Assembly: GCA_963677595.1 (NCBI GenBank)
Contig: OY782041.1
Coordinates: forward strand, 1,024,001-1,088,000
Origin: Spirochaetia bacterium
Lineage (GTDB): Bacteria; Spirochaetota; Spirochaetia; CAKZLE01
Length of the DNA stretch: 64,000 bases
Reading direction: 5' to 3'
The notes beneath the pieces were generated by a model. The model made no database searches, was not told the origin of the DNA, and saw only the letters and a program-made list of their open reading frames with translations. Each line of letters begins with the position of its first letter. Within the stretch, counting starts at the first letter, position 1. A program made the translations under genes and the position numbers. This document shows positions 8,581 through 19,402 of this stretch, piece after piece.

Positions 8581-9819
8581 TTATTTCGTCAGACTCTGCT
8601 TGAACTCCTTCGCAGCGATCTTCTCCTCACGTCTGACCCTGGCCTGTTCAGCCTTCTCCTCTGCCCTCATCCGGGCATAGGTATGGTTCCTCTCCTTGGT
8701 GAGGGCGGCGATCTCGTCCCTGATGCCTGCAGTCTTATCAGCTGATGCAGAAGTGAGCGCCTGCTTCAGGTCGTCGATCTTCTCATTCATGGACTGCTTG
8801 TACTGCTCTGCCGGGGAAATGATCCGCTCCTGTGAAGCCTTGTTGGTCTTGTAGATGTCGAGCAGAACGGCAAGGATGACGACGACACCGGTAAAGAAGG
8901 TCTGGTAGTGTGCCTGCAGGTCCATGGACGGGAGGCCGGTCCTGAGAACACTCATGATGAAGACACCGATGAGGGTTCCCGATATCGTCCCGATACCGCC
9001 GGAGAGCGATGTACCGCCGATGACCGCACCTGCGATGGCGTAGAGCTCGAACCCTGCTCCCTGTGCAGGCATGACCGTCGTGTAGACAGCTGCGAAGGCG
9101 ATACCGCCGATACCGGCAAGAATACCTACGACGATGTAGACCATCATCTCCCATTTCTCTACGTTGATACCTGAGAGCCGTGCAGCCTCCTTGTTGGAGC
9201 CGATGGCGAAGGTATAGCGACCCATCTTGGTCTTAGCCAGGATCAGGTAGCAGATGAACGCGATGCCGAAGAGGACGAACGCCCCGGTCGGGATCTCTGC
9301 CCTCTCAGGGGTGATGTACTTGAAGATGCCCTTGAACCAGCCGGCTGACTCGGTCCTGGTCGGGAAGGTAGCTGAACGTACGTTCGATACGATCGAGCCG
9401 ATACCCTTCGAGATCATCATCGTACCGAGGGTAGCGATGAACGGCGGGAGTTTCAGCTTCGCGACCATGATGCCGTTGAACAACCCGAAGAGGAAGCCGA
9501 CGACGATGATCAGGAGCAGCGACATCCACATCGGCCAGCCCCAGGACTTGTATGCCGTACCGCCGATGATGGCGGCAGCCATCATGACCGTCCCGCAGGA
9601 GAGGTCGATACCGCCGGTGATGATGACGAAGGTCACACCGATGGCGATGAACCCGATGTAGTATGATGAATCAAGGATGTTCACCAGCGTCGTGTATGAC
9701 AGGAAGTTCCTGCCGAAGATCGCAAAGAATGCATACAGGATGATCAGTGCAGCTGGTGCAAGGATCTTCTGCAGCCCTTTCGATTTGATATCCTGTATCA
9801 AGCTTCGTTTCTTTTCCAT
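8581..9819 (-). CDS. Sugar ABC permease (RbsC-like) with C-terminal charged extension
   Basis: ITGGIDLS, FIATLG, AVIGGTSLSGG. Confidence 0.93.
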   Translation of the reverse strand: MEKKRSLIQDIKSKGLQKILAPAALIILYAFFAIFGRNFLSYTTLVNILDSSYYIGFIAIGVTFVIITGGIDLSCGTVMMAAAIIGGTAYKSWGWPMWMSLLLIIVVGFLFGLFNGIMVAKLKLPPFIATLGTMMISKGIGSIVSNVRSATFPTRTESAGWFKGIFKYITPERAEIPTGAFVLFGIAFICYLILAKTKMGRYTFAIGSNKEAARLSGINVEKWEMMVYIVVGILAGIGGIAFAAVYTTVMPAQGAGFELYAIAGAVIGGTSLSGGIGTISGTLIGVFIMSVLRTGLPSMDLQAHYQTFFTGVVVILAVLLDIYKTNKASQERIISPAEQYKQSMNEKIDDLKQALTSASADKTAGIRDEIAALTKERNHTYARMRAEEKAEQARVRREEKIAAKEFKQSLTK

Positions 9820-9834
9820 ATATCTATCCTCTAC

Positions 9835-11334
9835 CTAATTGTTCATTGTGGCGAAATCCATGATCTTCTCCTGGTTCGCTTCGCTGATATCGAGTTCCCC
9901 GGTCACTCTGCCTTCGCACATGACCATGATCCGGTCACTCATTCGCAGGACCTCGGGCATCTCCGACGAGATCATGATGATCGACTTACCCTCTTTCGCA
10001 AGTTCGTTCATGAGATGATAGATCTCACTCTTCGCCCCGACGTCGATTCCCCTCGTCGGTTCATCGAAGATGAGGATATCACTGTTGCGGATCAGCCATT
10101 TGGCTATGACGACCTTCTGCTGGTTCCCTCCCGAAAGGTTCACCACGAGCTGGTCGAGCGACGGGGTCTTGATCTTCAGTGCATCACTGAACTCCCCGGC
10201 AGCCTTTCGCATCCGCTTCTTCTGCATGAAGAAGTTCTTCTGGTACGATTCATAGGAGGCCATGATGGCATTGTCGATGACGCTCAAGCCTGTGGCGAGC
10301 CCGTACCGCTTCCTATCCTCCGAGAGGTACCCGATGCCGTAGGCAACCGCATCCATCGGGTTCTTGATCATGGCTTTCTTCCCGTTGATCTCGACCGTCC
10401 CGCTGTCTACCGGGTCCGCCCCGAAGAGAGCCCGGACCGTCTCGGTCCTTCCCGCCCCGATCAGGCCGGAGAACCCGAGGATCTCTCCCCGGTGCAGCTC
10501 GAAGGAGACGTCCTTGACGAGCTTGCCGGCATTGAGGCTGTTCACCCGAAGCACTACTTCGGCATCCTTGGGTACATTGCTCTTCTGCTTCGGTTCCTCA
10601 TAGATGACCCGGCCGACCATCATCTGGATGATGTCTTCCTTGGTGACCTCTTTCGTCTTCTTCGTCCCGATGTACTCACCATCTCGCATGACCGTGACCC
10701 GGTTGGTGATCCGGTGGATCTCATCCATCCGGTGTGAGATGTAGATCATCGCGACCTTATGCTTCTGCAGGTTCCTCATGATGGTGAAGAGCTCGTCGAT
10801 CTCGGCATTGGTCAATGCCGCGGTCGGCTCATCAAGGATCAGAACCTTCAGGTCGTGTGATACCGCCTTGGCGATCTCCACCATCTGCTGCATGCCGACG
10901 GTGAGGTTTCCCAGCAGTTCGGTTGGGTCAATATTCATGTTCAGCCGGTCGAACAGCTCCTGGGCCCGTTTGTTCTGGGCCTTCTCATCGAGAAACAATC
11001 CATTTCCTTTCATGGACTCCCGACCGATGAAGATATTCTGCGCCACGGTAAGATGCTCCATCATGTTCAGTTCCTGATGGATGATACCGATGCCCATCTG
11101 CAGTGCCTGCTTCGGGCCATGCGGATGGTACAGCTTGCCAAGATAGTGCATCTCGCCGGAATCCTTCTCGTAGATACCGGTGAGGATCTTCATCAACGTC
11201 GATTTTCCAGCCCCGTTCTCGCCTACGAGCGCATGGACTTCTCCCTCTTCGAGTTCGAAGTCTATGCCCTTGAGCGCGTGAACTCCCTTGAATCGTTTAT
11301 CGATCTGTTTCACTGAAAGAATCTGTTTACTCAA
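9835..11334 (-). CDS. Sugar ABC ATP-binding protein (RbsA-like, two ABC domains)
   Basis: GENGAGKST, LILDEPT, LSGGNQQK, DEPTRGIDVGAK. Confidence 0.95.
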   Translation of the reverse strand: MSKQILSVKQIDKRFKGVHALKGIDFELEEGEVHALVGENGAGKSTLMKILTGIYEKDSGEMHYLGKLYHPHGPKQALQMGIGIIHQELNMMEHLTVAQNIFIGRESMKGNGLFLDEKAQNKRAQELFDRLNMNIDPTELLGNLTVGMQQMVEIAKAVSHDLKVLILDEPTAALTNAEIDELFTIMRNLQKHKVAMIYISHRMDEIHRITNRVTVMRDGEYIGTKKTKEVTKEDIIQMMVGRVIYEEPKQKSNVPKDAEVVLRVNSLNAGKLVKDVSFELHRGEILGFSGLIGAGRTETVRALFGADPVDSGTVEINGKKAMIKNPMDAVAYGIGYLSEDRKRYGLATGLSVIDNAIMASYESYQKNFFMQKKRMRKAAGEFSDALKIKTPSLDQLVVNLSGGNQQKVVIAKWLIRNSDILIFDEPTRGIDVGAKSEIYHLMNELAKEGKSIIMISSEMPEVLRMSDRIMVMCEGRVTGELDISEANQEKIMDFATMNN

Positions 11335-11497
11335 ACTTTCGCTCCCTGGGGGTTTCAGGTGCTTCCCCTATGCACCTGTTCGTTTCAACTATGATAGTAT
11401 CAACCCGTTTTCCAGATCGCGAAATAGAGGATTTTACGAAGAATGTTTAAATTCTTCCTGCTTACAGGTGAGGATCAACGAAATGTGGAAGATCTTC

Positions 11498-12487
11498 CTA
11501 TTCAGTGCTGCTGAAGGGATAGAGCAGTTCCTGGTACTCCCGCTGGAACATGTTCTCCTGCGTGATCAGGACCGACCCGGTATCGAGGAAGGCAGGCACC
11601 TCATTGCCCTTGAGGTAGTCGACCGCGATCTTCACGGTCATATAGCCCATATTGTAGGGGCGCTGCACCACCGTTGCCCTGATGACCCCGGCCTCGAGGT
11701 AGGAGAGTTCCCGCTTTGCGTTATCGAAAGCGACGACACGGACGTTCTCCTGCCTACCGAGCTCATCGACGGCACGGGCGACCCCGAGGGAGGCTGCCTC
11801 GTTGAGGGCGACGATCCCGTCGGGATCCATGGCCGAAAGCATCTCCATCGTCATCTCGTAGGAGAGCTCCTCATCCACATCGCAGTACCAGGTCCCGACG
11901 ACATCCTCTGCCGGCAGGGCATTGCGCACCCCCGTCTCCCGGTCTATCGCGGTCGCCGTGTCCTTGCTGTGGCTCATGATGGCGATCTTCGGGTCCGGGA
12001 TATCAACCAAGAGGTCCATCAGGGCCGCTCCCGCCTTCTCCCCCGCCGCGATATTATCAGTGGCGATGAATGATGCCGGGATGGGGGAATCGACACCGGA
12101 ATCGATGGTGATGACCGGGATCCCATAGGCATCCGCCTGCTCCACGGGTTCGACGAGCTTCACATAGTCTGTCGCCGCAAGGATCAGCATCGGCGGACGT
12201 GATTCCAGGATCTGGTTGACGATATCGATCTGCTCGTCGATCTCCTTCTCATGACTCGGCCCGGAGATCTCCACGGAGACTCCGTACTCCTTGGCTGCCT
12301 CGTTGATGCCCCGGTGTACCACATCCCAGAACTCCATCGGCCGTACCTCACGGGATTTCAGGACGATCTGGATCGGTTCCTCGAGATCGATCGTCTTCGG
12401 GGCGGTCTGCTGGTAGAGGATCGTGAGGACGAAGAAGAGCGCGAGCGCCGTCATCAGGCTGAGCAGCAGTACATACCAGTTCTTCAT
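11498..12487 (-). CDS. Membrane-anchored sugar-binding protein co-transcribed with the TCS
   Basis: Peripla_BP motifs ITIDSG, IATDN, VVQRPYNMGY; ATGA overlap with the kinase. Confidence 0.88.
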   Translation of the reverse strand: MKNWYVLLLSLMTALALFFVLTILYQQTAPKTIDLEEPIQIVLKSREVRPMEFWDVVHRGINEAAKEYGVSVEISGPSHEKEIDEQIDIVNQILESRPPMLILAATDYVKLVEPVEQADAYGIPVITIDSGVDSPIPASFIATDNIAAGEKAGAALMDLLVDIPDPKIAIMSHSKDTATAIDRETGVRNALPAEDVVGTWYCDVDEELSYEMTMEMLSAMDPDGIVALNEAASLGVARAVDELGRQENVRVVAFDNAKRELSYLEAGVIRATVVQRPYNMGYMTVKIAVDYLKGNEVPAFLDTGSVLITQENMFQREYQELLYPFSSTE

Positions 12488-14265
12488 GATACCCCCTTCC
12501 GTGACGGGATCCTGATCGTGATCGTGGTCCCCTTCCCCAGCTCGCTCTCGCAATGGAGCCCGTACTCATGGCCGAAGTAGAGCTGGATCCGCTCATGGAC
12601 GTTCCGCACGCCCATCCCCCTGAGGTTCGCCCAGGGCTGGTCGTCCTCGGGCACGACATAGGGGCTGTTGAGCAGCTCCACCTTGTCGGGAGGCATCCCC
12701 TTCCCGTTGTCGATGACCTGGAGGATGATCGTATCCCCCTCGAGCCAGCCGATGATGCGGATCAGCCCCTTGTGGTCGGACTCCTTGATCCCATGGTAGA
12801 TCGCGTTCTCCACCAGCGGCTGGAGCGTGATCTTCAACGTCAGCTCATCGTAGAGGATCGGGTCGATATCGATGACCGAGTCATACTTGTCGCGGTAGCG
12901 CATCTCCTCGATCGTCAGGTAGGACTCGACATGGGCGATCTCATCCCTGATCGGGATGAGCTCCCGCCCCTTGCTGATACTGATGCGCATCAGCTTGGAG
13001 AGGGCCGAGGTCATCAGCACCACCTCACGGTGCTGCTTCATCTCAGCCATCCAGATGATCGAGTCCAGGGTGTTGTAGAGAAAGTGGGGATTGATCTGAG
13101 CCTGGAGTGCCTTCAGGTCACTCTTCCGCTTGAGCTCCTGTTCCGTGATGTTCTCGTGCATGAGCTCCCGGATCCTCGTCACCATGATGTCATAGTCGTG
13201 GGCGAGCTCCTTGATCTCGTCTGTCGCCATGATCTCCCCGACCAGGTGGAACTCCCCCTCGTCGACACAGCGCATGATCTCCTGGAGTTTCTTCACCGGG
13301 CTCGTGATCCCCCTCGTGATCCGGTTGGTGACCAGCCCCACGACGAGGAAGAGGACCAGGCCGATCGCGGCGAACGATACCTGGACATAGCGCCAGTCGG
13401 TGATGATGTCGTCATCGTAGAGGACACTGATCACATGCCAGCCGGTCTGGGCGGAATCGTTGATGAAATAGTACTTCTCTCCGTCGCTGTAGGGGATGTC
13501 CTCCTCGCTGCCTACAGCAGCGAGGATCTCATCGAGCGGCTCACTCTTGACCCCGCTGTAGACCAGCTGCTGGGTCGGGTGGAAAACATAGACCCCTTCA
13601 TCATCGATGATGAAGTTGTACCCCTTCCTCCCCGTCACCATCGACTGGCAGAGGTCTTTGATCCCGTCGAACTTGAGGTCGATGAGCAGCACCCCGAGCA
13701 GTTCCCCCGTGTCCTCGGAGACGATCCCGCGGCTCAGGGAGACGACCCAGGAGTAGTCCTCGAAGATCAGGTTCTGGACATAGGAACCGGAGAGGATCGT
13801 CTCCGATGGGTTCTCCACGGCCTGGGTGAACCAGGAGTTCTTCCTGACATCCGCATACTGGTTGATCGTCACCGAACGGTCAGCCGAGAGGATGTTCCCG
13901 GACATGTCGGAGAAGTAGATGTTCTTGATATCCTCCCGTGCCTTGAGGTAGGTCCCGAGCTGCTTCTGGATCATCCGGACATAGTCGGTCAGGGGGGCGG
14001 GAGCCTCCCCCCTGAGGTAGGTCTGCACCTCCTCTGCCTCGATGACTGCCAGCGAGAGGTGGTCCATGTCCTCGATATAGGAGTCGATCTGACTCGTCAG
14101 CTGACCGAGCAGCGTCTTGTTCGACTCTATGGTCGTGTTCCGTACCGTGGAGATGGTGAACTGGAAGGCCACGATCTGCAGGATGATGATCGTCCCGAAG
14201 ATGAAGAGGATGAAGAACGAGTAGATCCTCGACCCGAGGGTTCCCATGCGCAGGAGGGGTTTCAC
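12484..14265 (-). CDS. YesM-like sensor kinase (Cache, HAMP, His_kinase)
   Basis: LQAQINPHFLYNTL, LQPLVENAIYHG. Confidence 0.95.
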   Translation of the reverse strand: MKPLLRMGTLGSRIYSFFILFIFGTIIILQIVAFQFTISTVRNTTIESNKTLLGQLTSQIDSYIEDMDHLSLAVIEAEEVQTYLRGEAPAPLTDYVRMIQKQLGTYLKAREDIKNIYFSDMSGNILSADRSVTINQYADVRKNSWFTQAVENPSETILSGSYVQNLIFEDYSWVVSLSRGIVSEDTGELLGVLLIDLKFDGIKDLCQSMVTGRKGYNFIIDDEGVYVFHPTQQLVYSGVKSEPLDEILAAVGSEEDIPYSDGEKYYFINDSAQTGWHVISVLYDDDIITDWRYVQVSFAAIGLVLFLVVGLVTNRITRGITSPVKKLQEIMRCVDEGEFHLVGEIMATDEIKELAHDYDIMVTRIRELMHENITEQELKRKSDLKALQAQINPHFLYNTLDSIIWMAEMKQHREVVLMTSALSKLMRISISKGRELIPIRDEIAHVESYLTIEEMRYRDKYDSVIDIDPILYDELTLKITLQPLVENAIYHGIKESDHKGLIRIIGWLEGDTIILQVIDNGKGMPPDKVELLNSPYVVPEDDQPWANLRGMGVRNVHERIQLYFGHEYGLHCESELGKGTTITIRIPSRKGVS

Positions 14266-15857
14266 TCCTCGATGCTCCTGCGGTACTCCATCGGAGTCAT
14301 CCCCGACACCTTCTTGAAGATGATCGAGAAGTAGCGGGGATCATTGAAGCCCACCAGCTCGGCGACCTCGTAGGCCCGCATGGAGGAGTTCTTCAGCAGG
14401 GCCTGGGCCTGTTCGACCCGGTAGTCGGTGAGGTACTCGACGAAGGTCATGCCCGTCCCGTCCTTGAAGAGGACGCTGAACTGGCTCGTCGATAAGAAGA
14501 GCTCATCGCAGATATCCTGGAGGCTGAAGTTCTTGTCGGCATACCGGTTCGCGATGATCTGCTTCGCCCGTGCGACCCGTGAACGGGTATTGTCGAACCG
14601 CTTGTCAGAGATCTTCTCCTCGATGTCGCTGATCAGCTTCCGGAAGAATCCCCTCGCCTGGTTGATCGAGACGAAGTAGTCCGCCTGGAACGGCATGGTC
14701 CCGGCCCCCTGGACGAGGCCGAGCTCCTGCATGAAATCCTGCAGGGTCGTCTGCAGCCGCATGAGGTAGAGGGAGGCCTCATGGAGGGTGAGGTAGTGCT
14801 TCTCGAAGTAGGTGAAGATGGTGTCGAGGGCAACTCCTGTCTCTTCGCGCCTCCCCGTCTTGAGGACCTTCACCAGCTGTTCGGAGAGCAGAGAGAACTC
14901 CTCATGGGAGATCGACTGCCGGTTCCGTATCTCCGATATATGGAGGATCTTCGCCGTCCCGATCACCCTGACATACTCGACGGCACTGTTCGCCCCCCGG
15001 TAGGAGGTGACCAGGTGCTCGAGGGAATCGACCACCTCGCCGCAGCCGATGCCGCCCTGGTTCGCCGTCCGCTTCTGCAGGAAGGAGAAGATCTTCCGGC
15101 CGAGCCCATAGCTCCGCTGTTTGAGCTTCTCCCGTGCAGCTTCGACCGACTCCCGGTCGCTGAGGTCGGCGAAATCCTGGAGGATGAGCACGAAGTTGTC
15201 ATCACGGTTGTAGAGCAGCTCGTCCCCTTCCTGCTTCTGGCGCGTGATGAACTGCGACAGTGCCAGGCGGTCAAGGTCGTTGATATCCTCCGGGATCGAG
15301 ACCACCATCACCTGGTAGAGCCCCTCAAGGTCCATCCACTGGAAGTAGGCCTTCCGTTCCTCGATGGCCCCGCGGTCTATCCGCCCGGACACCAGACGGT
15401 AGAGGAACCGCTCGCGCAGAAGGGGGAGGCTCTCGTTGAGTCGTTTCTCCAGTTCCTTGCGATTCTCCTGCTCGTCACGCTGATCATCGAGCTTCTCGTG
15501 CATCCGAGTCAGCACCCTCGTCAGCTCTTCGGCGGTGATCGGCTTGAGGAGAAACTCGCTCACATGGTACTTGAGGGCTTCCTGGGCATACTCGAAGTCA
15601 TCGTAGCCGGAGAGCAGCAAGACGGTGATCTCGGGGAACTCCTCATGGATCACCTTGGAGAGCTGCAGCCCGTCGACCTTCGGCATCTTGATGTCGGAGA
15701 GGACGATGTCCACGGGGTTCTTCCTGATGTACTCGATCGCCTGCAACCCGTTCTCGAGCATCGACACGAGCTCGAACCCGATGTCCTTCCAGGAGATCAC
15801 CGAAGAGATCCCTTCCCGTATGATCGACTCGTCATCTACGAATAACAGTTTATACAC
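14262..15857 (-). CDS. YesN-like response regulator (REC plus AraC)
   Basis: VDDE, DIKMP, LLKP; C-terminal VGFNDPRYFSIIFKK. Confidence 0.95.
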   Translation of the reverse strand: MYKLLFVDDESIIREGISSVISWKDIGFELVSMLENGLQAIEYIRKNPVDIVLSDIKMPKVDGLQLSKVIHEEFPEITVLLLSGYDDFEYAQEALKYHVSEFLLKPITAEELTRVLTRMHEKLDDQRDEQENRKELEKRLNESLPLLRERFLYRLVSGRIDRGAIEERKAYFQWMDLEGLYQVMVVSIPEDINDLDRLALSQFITRQKQEGDELLYNRDDNFVLILQDFADLSDRESVEAAREKLKQRSYGLGRKIFSFLQKRTANQGGIGCGEVVDSLEHLVTSYRGANSAVEYVRVIGTAKILHISEIRNRQSISHEEFSLLSEQLVKVLKTGRREETGVALDTIFTYFEKHYLTLHEASLYLMRLQTTLQDFMQELGLVQGAGTMPFQADYFVSINQARGFFRKLISDIEEKISDKRFDNTRSRVARAKQIIANRYADKNFSLQDICDELFLSTSQFSVLFKDGTGMTFVEYLTDYRVEQAQALLKNSSMRAYEVAELVGFNDPRYFSIIFKKVSGMTPMEYRRSIEE

Positions 15858-15963
15858 AACCCAACCTCAGCATGTGATGATGGAGCCCGCTTCAACAGCT
15901 CCATGCTACTACCATCCTAGCACAGGTTCACGATGATGCAAAATGCAATCTGCGCAGAAACAC

Positions 15964-15992
15964 CTGCGGCCCGGGTAGCTCCCGGGCCGCAG
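15964..15992 (-). terminator. GC-rich hairpin downstream of fucI
   Basis: CTGCGGCCCGGG-TAGCT-CCCGGGCCGCAG, 12-bp perfect stem. Confidence 0.65.
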
Positions 15993-16030
15993 TGATCAGT
16001 TCACGCACATACGGTGCGCTTCAGATGTGA

Positions 16031-17827
16031 TTATTTGTAGAGGGGTCCGAGTGCCTCGCATGCACGGTAGTCGCTGCCCTCTTTTGCCATCCCGAAGGAG
16101 TTCCAGTAACTCGGTCGGAAGATATCCTTCTCATCGACGTTATGCATGTTGACCGGGATCCTCAGCATGGAGCAGAGGGTGATGAGGTCCGCACCGATGT
16201 GGCCGTAGCTGACCGCACCGTGGTTCGCTCCCCAGTTCGCCATGACCTGGTAGACATCCTCGAAGGGACCGGCCTTGCCATCGACTCTTGGTACGAACCA
16301 GGTAGTCGGCCAGGTGGGGTTGGTCCGTGCATCGAGTACGTCATGTACTTCCTGAGGGATATCGACCGTCCAGCCCTCGGCGATCTGCATGACCGGCCCG
16401 AGGCCCTTGACCATGTTAAGCCTGCACATGGTGATAGGCATGCCGCCCTTGCTCAGGAAGTCCGAGGAGTACCCGCCGCCGCGGAAGTAGCCGCCGTCAC
16501 CGACGCAGAACTCGGTAGCGTCGAGAGTCTTGGCAACGTCTTCGGGAGTGATCTCCCAGAAGGGCTTCATGATGGGCTTGCCCTCGGCATCGCTCATCTC
16601 ACCAGCCGCATCGAGGGTGGTGGAACCTGAGTTGATCAGGTGAATGAAGCCGTTCTCAGCCAGCCCCTGCGGGGCCCAGCCGGTGACACGCTCGATCGCA
16701 TCCGGGCTCCAGTAGGTCCGCACATCCGAGAAGATCTGCGCCGTGTTGGTCAGCAAGTGGCCGAAGAGCATGGAGACCCCATTGAGGGAGTCGTTCTCGG
16801 TCGCGAAGACGAATGCCTCACGGATCCCGTTCCAGTCGAACGAGGTATTGAGGAAGGTCTCCATGAAGTCCCCGTTCGGGTAATGGTCGGTCCATGACCG
16901 CTGGCCCTGGAACCCGCCGACGATGGCGTTCCGTCCCATGGCTTCTTCCTCTCGCCCGATCTCGGCGAGTTTCGGGTTGCCGATCATGAGGTCACGCCCG
17001 ATCATGAACATCTTGATGACATAGTCCCAGTCAGCGGCACGCTGTTCCTCGGTACGTCGGTACTCCGGGGGGTTGACGGTATCTTCCTGCTCGATGCAGT
17101 TCTCCTGCACCCATGCCTTGGCAAGCTCGAACTCCTCGGCATCGTAGATCTCTTCCTCGACCCTTCGTGCGACCTCTGACATATCGACCACTTCGGTCCT
17201 GAGCCCGAGGTACTCCTGCAGGAAGTCCTGGTCGACGATCGAACCGGCGATACCCATGGAGCATCCGCCGATGGAGAGGTAGGACTTACCCTTCATGGAA
17301 GCTACGGCAAGGCCTGCCTTTGCGAATCGAAGGATCTTCTCCTGCACATCTGGGGTGATCTCGGTATCATCCGAGTCCTGCACATCCCGTCCGTAGATCC
17401 CGAAGGCGGGAAGGCCCTTCTGGCTGTGTCCAGCCAGGACTGCTGCGAGGTAGACGGCTCCCGGTCGTTCGGTCCCATTGAGTCCCCAGACTGCCTTGAC
17501 GGTCTTGGGGTCCATATCCATGGTCTCCGATCCGTAGCACCAGCAGGGGGTGACGGTCAGGGTCACTGCGACCTGTTCCTTCTCGAACTTGTCCTGGCAG
17601 GCTGCTGCCTCGGCTACGCCGCCGATGCAGGTGTCAGCGATGACGCATTCTACCGGCTGCCCTGAGGGATGGACGAGGTTATCGGAGATGAGCTTCGCGG
17701 CACGCTTGGCCATGTTCATCGTCTGGTCCTCGAGTGATTCCCTCACTCCCCTTCTTCGACCATCGATGGTCGGTCGGATCCCGATCTTCGGGAGATCCCC
17801 TTTCAGTCTATTCACAGGACTGTTCAT
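16031..17827 (-). CDS. fucI: L-fucose isomerase
   Basis: [46 protein letters not shown]. Start at 17827 preferred over 17872. Confidence 0.97.
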   Translation of the reverse strand: MNSPVNRLKGDLPKIGIRPTIDGRRRGVRESLEDQTMNMAKRAAKLISDNLVHPSGQPVECVIADTCIGGVAEAAACQDKFEKEQVAVTLTVTPCWCYGSETMDMDPKTVKAVWGLNGTERPGAVYLAAVLAGHSQKGLPAFGIYGRDVQDSDDTEITPDVQEKILRFAKAGLAVASMKGKSYLSIGGCSMGIAGSIVDQDFLQEYLGLRTEVVDMSEVARRVEEEIYDAEEFELAKAWVQENCIEQEDTVNPPEYRRTEEQRAADWDYVIKMFMIGRDLMIGNPKLAEIGREEEAMGRNAIVGGFQGQRSWTDHYPNGDFMETFLNTSFDWNGIREAFVFATENDSLNGVSMLFGHLLTNTAQIFSDVRTYWSPDAIERVTGWAPQGLAENGFIHLINSGSTTLDAAGEMSDAEGKPIMKPFWEITPEDVAKTLDATEFCVGDGGYFRGGGYSSDFLSKGGMPITMCRLNMVKGLGPVMQIAEGWTVDIPQEVHDVLDARTNPTWPTTWFVPRVDGKAGPFEDVYQVMANWGANHGAVSYGHIGADLITLCSMLRIPVNMHNVDEKDIFRPSYWNSFGMAKEGSDYRACEALGPLYK

Positions 17828-17881
17828 CCTGATATTTCCTACATTTGCCACTGGCATCCTCCTGGTTCTCATGATATAATC

Positions 17882-17911
17882 ATGTAATCGATTACATGTA
17901 ATCGATTACAT
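17882..17911. promoter_or_regulatory. Double overlapping LacI-type operator
   Basis: ATGTAATCGATTACATGTAATCGATTACAT, a 30-bp perfect palindrome made of two 16-bp sites offset by 14 bp. Confidence 0.8.
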
Positions 17912-17969
17912 TATGTCACGGGTTTGCGTGGAACGCAAGTGAAAAGTGAGAAAATAAGGAGATGAAATC

Positions 17970-18407
17970 ATGCTGAAAGGAATACCTTCGATCATATCGC
18001 CGGAGCTGTTGAAGATCCTCATGGAGATGGGGCATGGGGACGAGCTCGTCATCGGTGACGGGAACTTCCCCGCAGCCGCCTATGCGCAGAGACTCGTACG
18101 GCTCGACGGCCACGGGGTGCCCGAGATCCTCGACGCGATCCTCGCCCTCATGCCGCTCGATCAGTACAGCGACAAGAAAGGCTGGCTCATGGAGGTCGTC
18201 CCCGGGGATCCCTGCGGGAGGCCTGAGATCTGGGACACCTACGAGGAGATCGCGGGCAAGCATGAGGAAGGATTCGACGGCTACGGCTCGATCGAGCGGT
18301 TCGCCTTCTACGAACGGGCAAAGGAGGCCTACGCCATCGTCGCAAGCGGCGAGAGTGCCATCTATGCCAACATCATCCTCAAGAAAGGTGTCGTAGTCAA
18401 TTCATGA
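17970..18407 (+). CDS. fucU: L-fucose mutarotase (RbsD/FucU family)
   Basis: MLKGIP..ISPELL, MGHGDELVIGDGNFP, ERFAFYE, YANIILKKGV. Confidence 0.93.
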   Translation: MLKGIPSIISPELLKILMEMGHGDELVIGDGNFPAAAYAQRLVRLDGHGVPEILDAILALMPLDQYSDKKGWLMEVVPGDPCGRPEIWDTYEEIAGKHEEGFDGYGSIERFAFYERAKEAYAIVASGESAIYANIILKKGVVVNS

Positions 18408-19393
18408 CCAGGCGCAATCGCGGGATCACGATCAAGGACGTAGCCCAGACGGCAGGGGTCTCTACCGCCACGGTCTCCCGGGTCATCAACAAGGACCCGA
18501 AGGTTACCGAGAAGAACCGGGAACTCGTCCTCGCGGCGATGAAGGAGACCGGCTACCGGCTCAACCCGATCGCGAGGTCCCTCCGTGCCCAGAAGACCCA
18601 CACGATCGGGATCGTCGCGCCTGAATTCCAGAACGACTTCTTCACGGCCGTAGCGGAGGGGATCGAGCGGGTCCTCCGTCAGCGGGGCTACACCACCTTC
18701 ATCCTGAACTCACGAGAGGATATCATAGAGGAGAAGGCCCGGCTCGAGATGCTTGCCGAGAAGCAGGTGGACGGGGCGATCATCATCCCCGCTTCCGGTA
18801 TCGGGAGCCACTTCTCCTACCTCACTGAACACGGGATCCCCTTCGTCATGGTCGACCGTATGATCGAGGGGATGCAGGCTGACTGCGTCCTGACCGACAA
18901 TGTGCACGGGGCCTATGAGGCAGTATCGGCATGCATCGCCGATGGTGCTGCTTCTGTGGCGGTCATCGCGGGAGACCAGTCCCTCACCTCCGCCAGGGAG
19001 CGGTACGAGGGCTACCTCAAGGCCTTGAAGGCACACGATATAGCAATAGACGGGAGTATGATCGAGTTCGGGGACATGCACATCACATCGGGCTATGAGG
19101 CGATGAAGCGGATCACCGAACAGCATCCCTCCTTGACCCATGTCTTCATCGTCAACCTCTTCATGCGCATCGGGGCTGAGAAGTACCTTGCCGAACACCA
19201 GGAGTTCAGCGAAGTGAAGATCGCGGCCTTCGACGAGGCTGCGATCTCATCGCTGTTCACCCACTCCTTCATCACGGTGAAGCAGCCGCTCGAGGAGATC
19301 GGCACCACGGCAGCAGGGCTCCTGCTTAAGCGCATCGACAAGGAGGAGCTCCCCTTCCCCCAGGTCTACCGGCTGAAGGCGGAACTCTCCTGA
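18404..19393 (+). CDS. LacI-family transcriptional regulator
   Basis: TIKDVAQTAGVSTATVSRVIN; NPIARSL hinge. Confidence 0.95.
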   Translation: MTRRNRGITIKDVAQTAGVSTATVSRVINKDPKVTEKNRELVLAAMKETGYRLNPIARSLRAQKTHTIGIVAPEFQNDFFTAVAEGIERVLRQRGYTTFILNSREDIIEEKARLEMLAEKQVDGAIIIPASGIGSHFSYLTEHGIPFVMVDRMIEGMQADCVLTDNVHGAYEAVSACIADGAASVAVIAGDQSLTSARERYEGYLKALKAHDIAIDGSMIEFGDMHITSGYEAMKRITEQHPSLTHVFIVNLFMRIGAEKYLAEHQEFSEVKIAAFDEAAISSLFTHSFITVKQPLEEIGTTAAGLLLKRIDKEELPFPQVYRLKAELS

Positions 19394-19402
19394 GCCTCTT
19401 CC

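Noticed and set aside
12553-14334. 593-aa plus-strand ORF (and similar ORFs at 14781, 10015, 54131, 62301)
   Set aside because: Antisense shadows of high-GC3 genes with no recognisable motifs.
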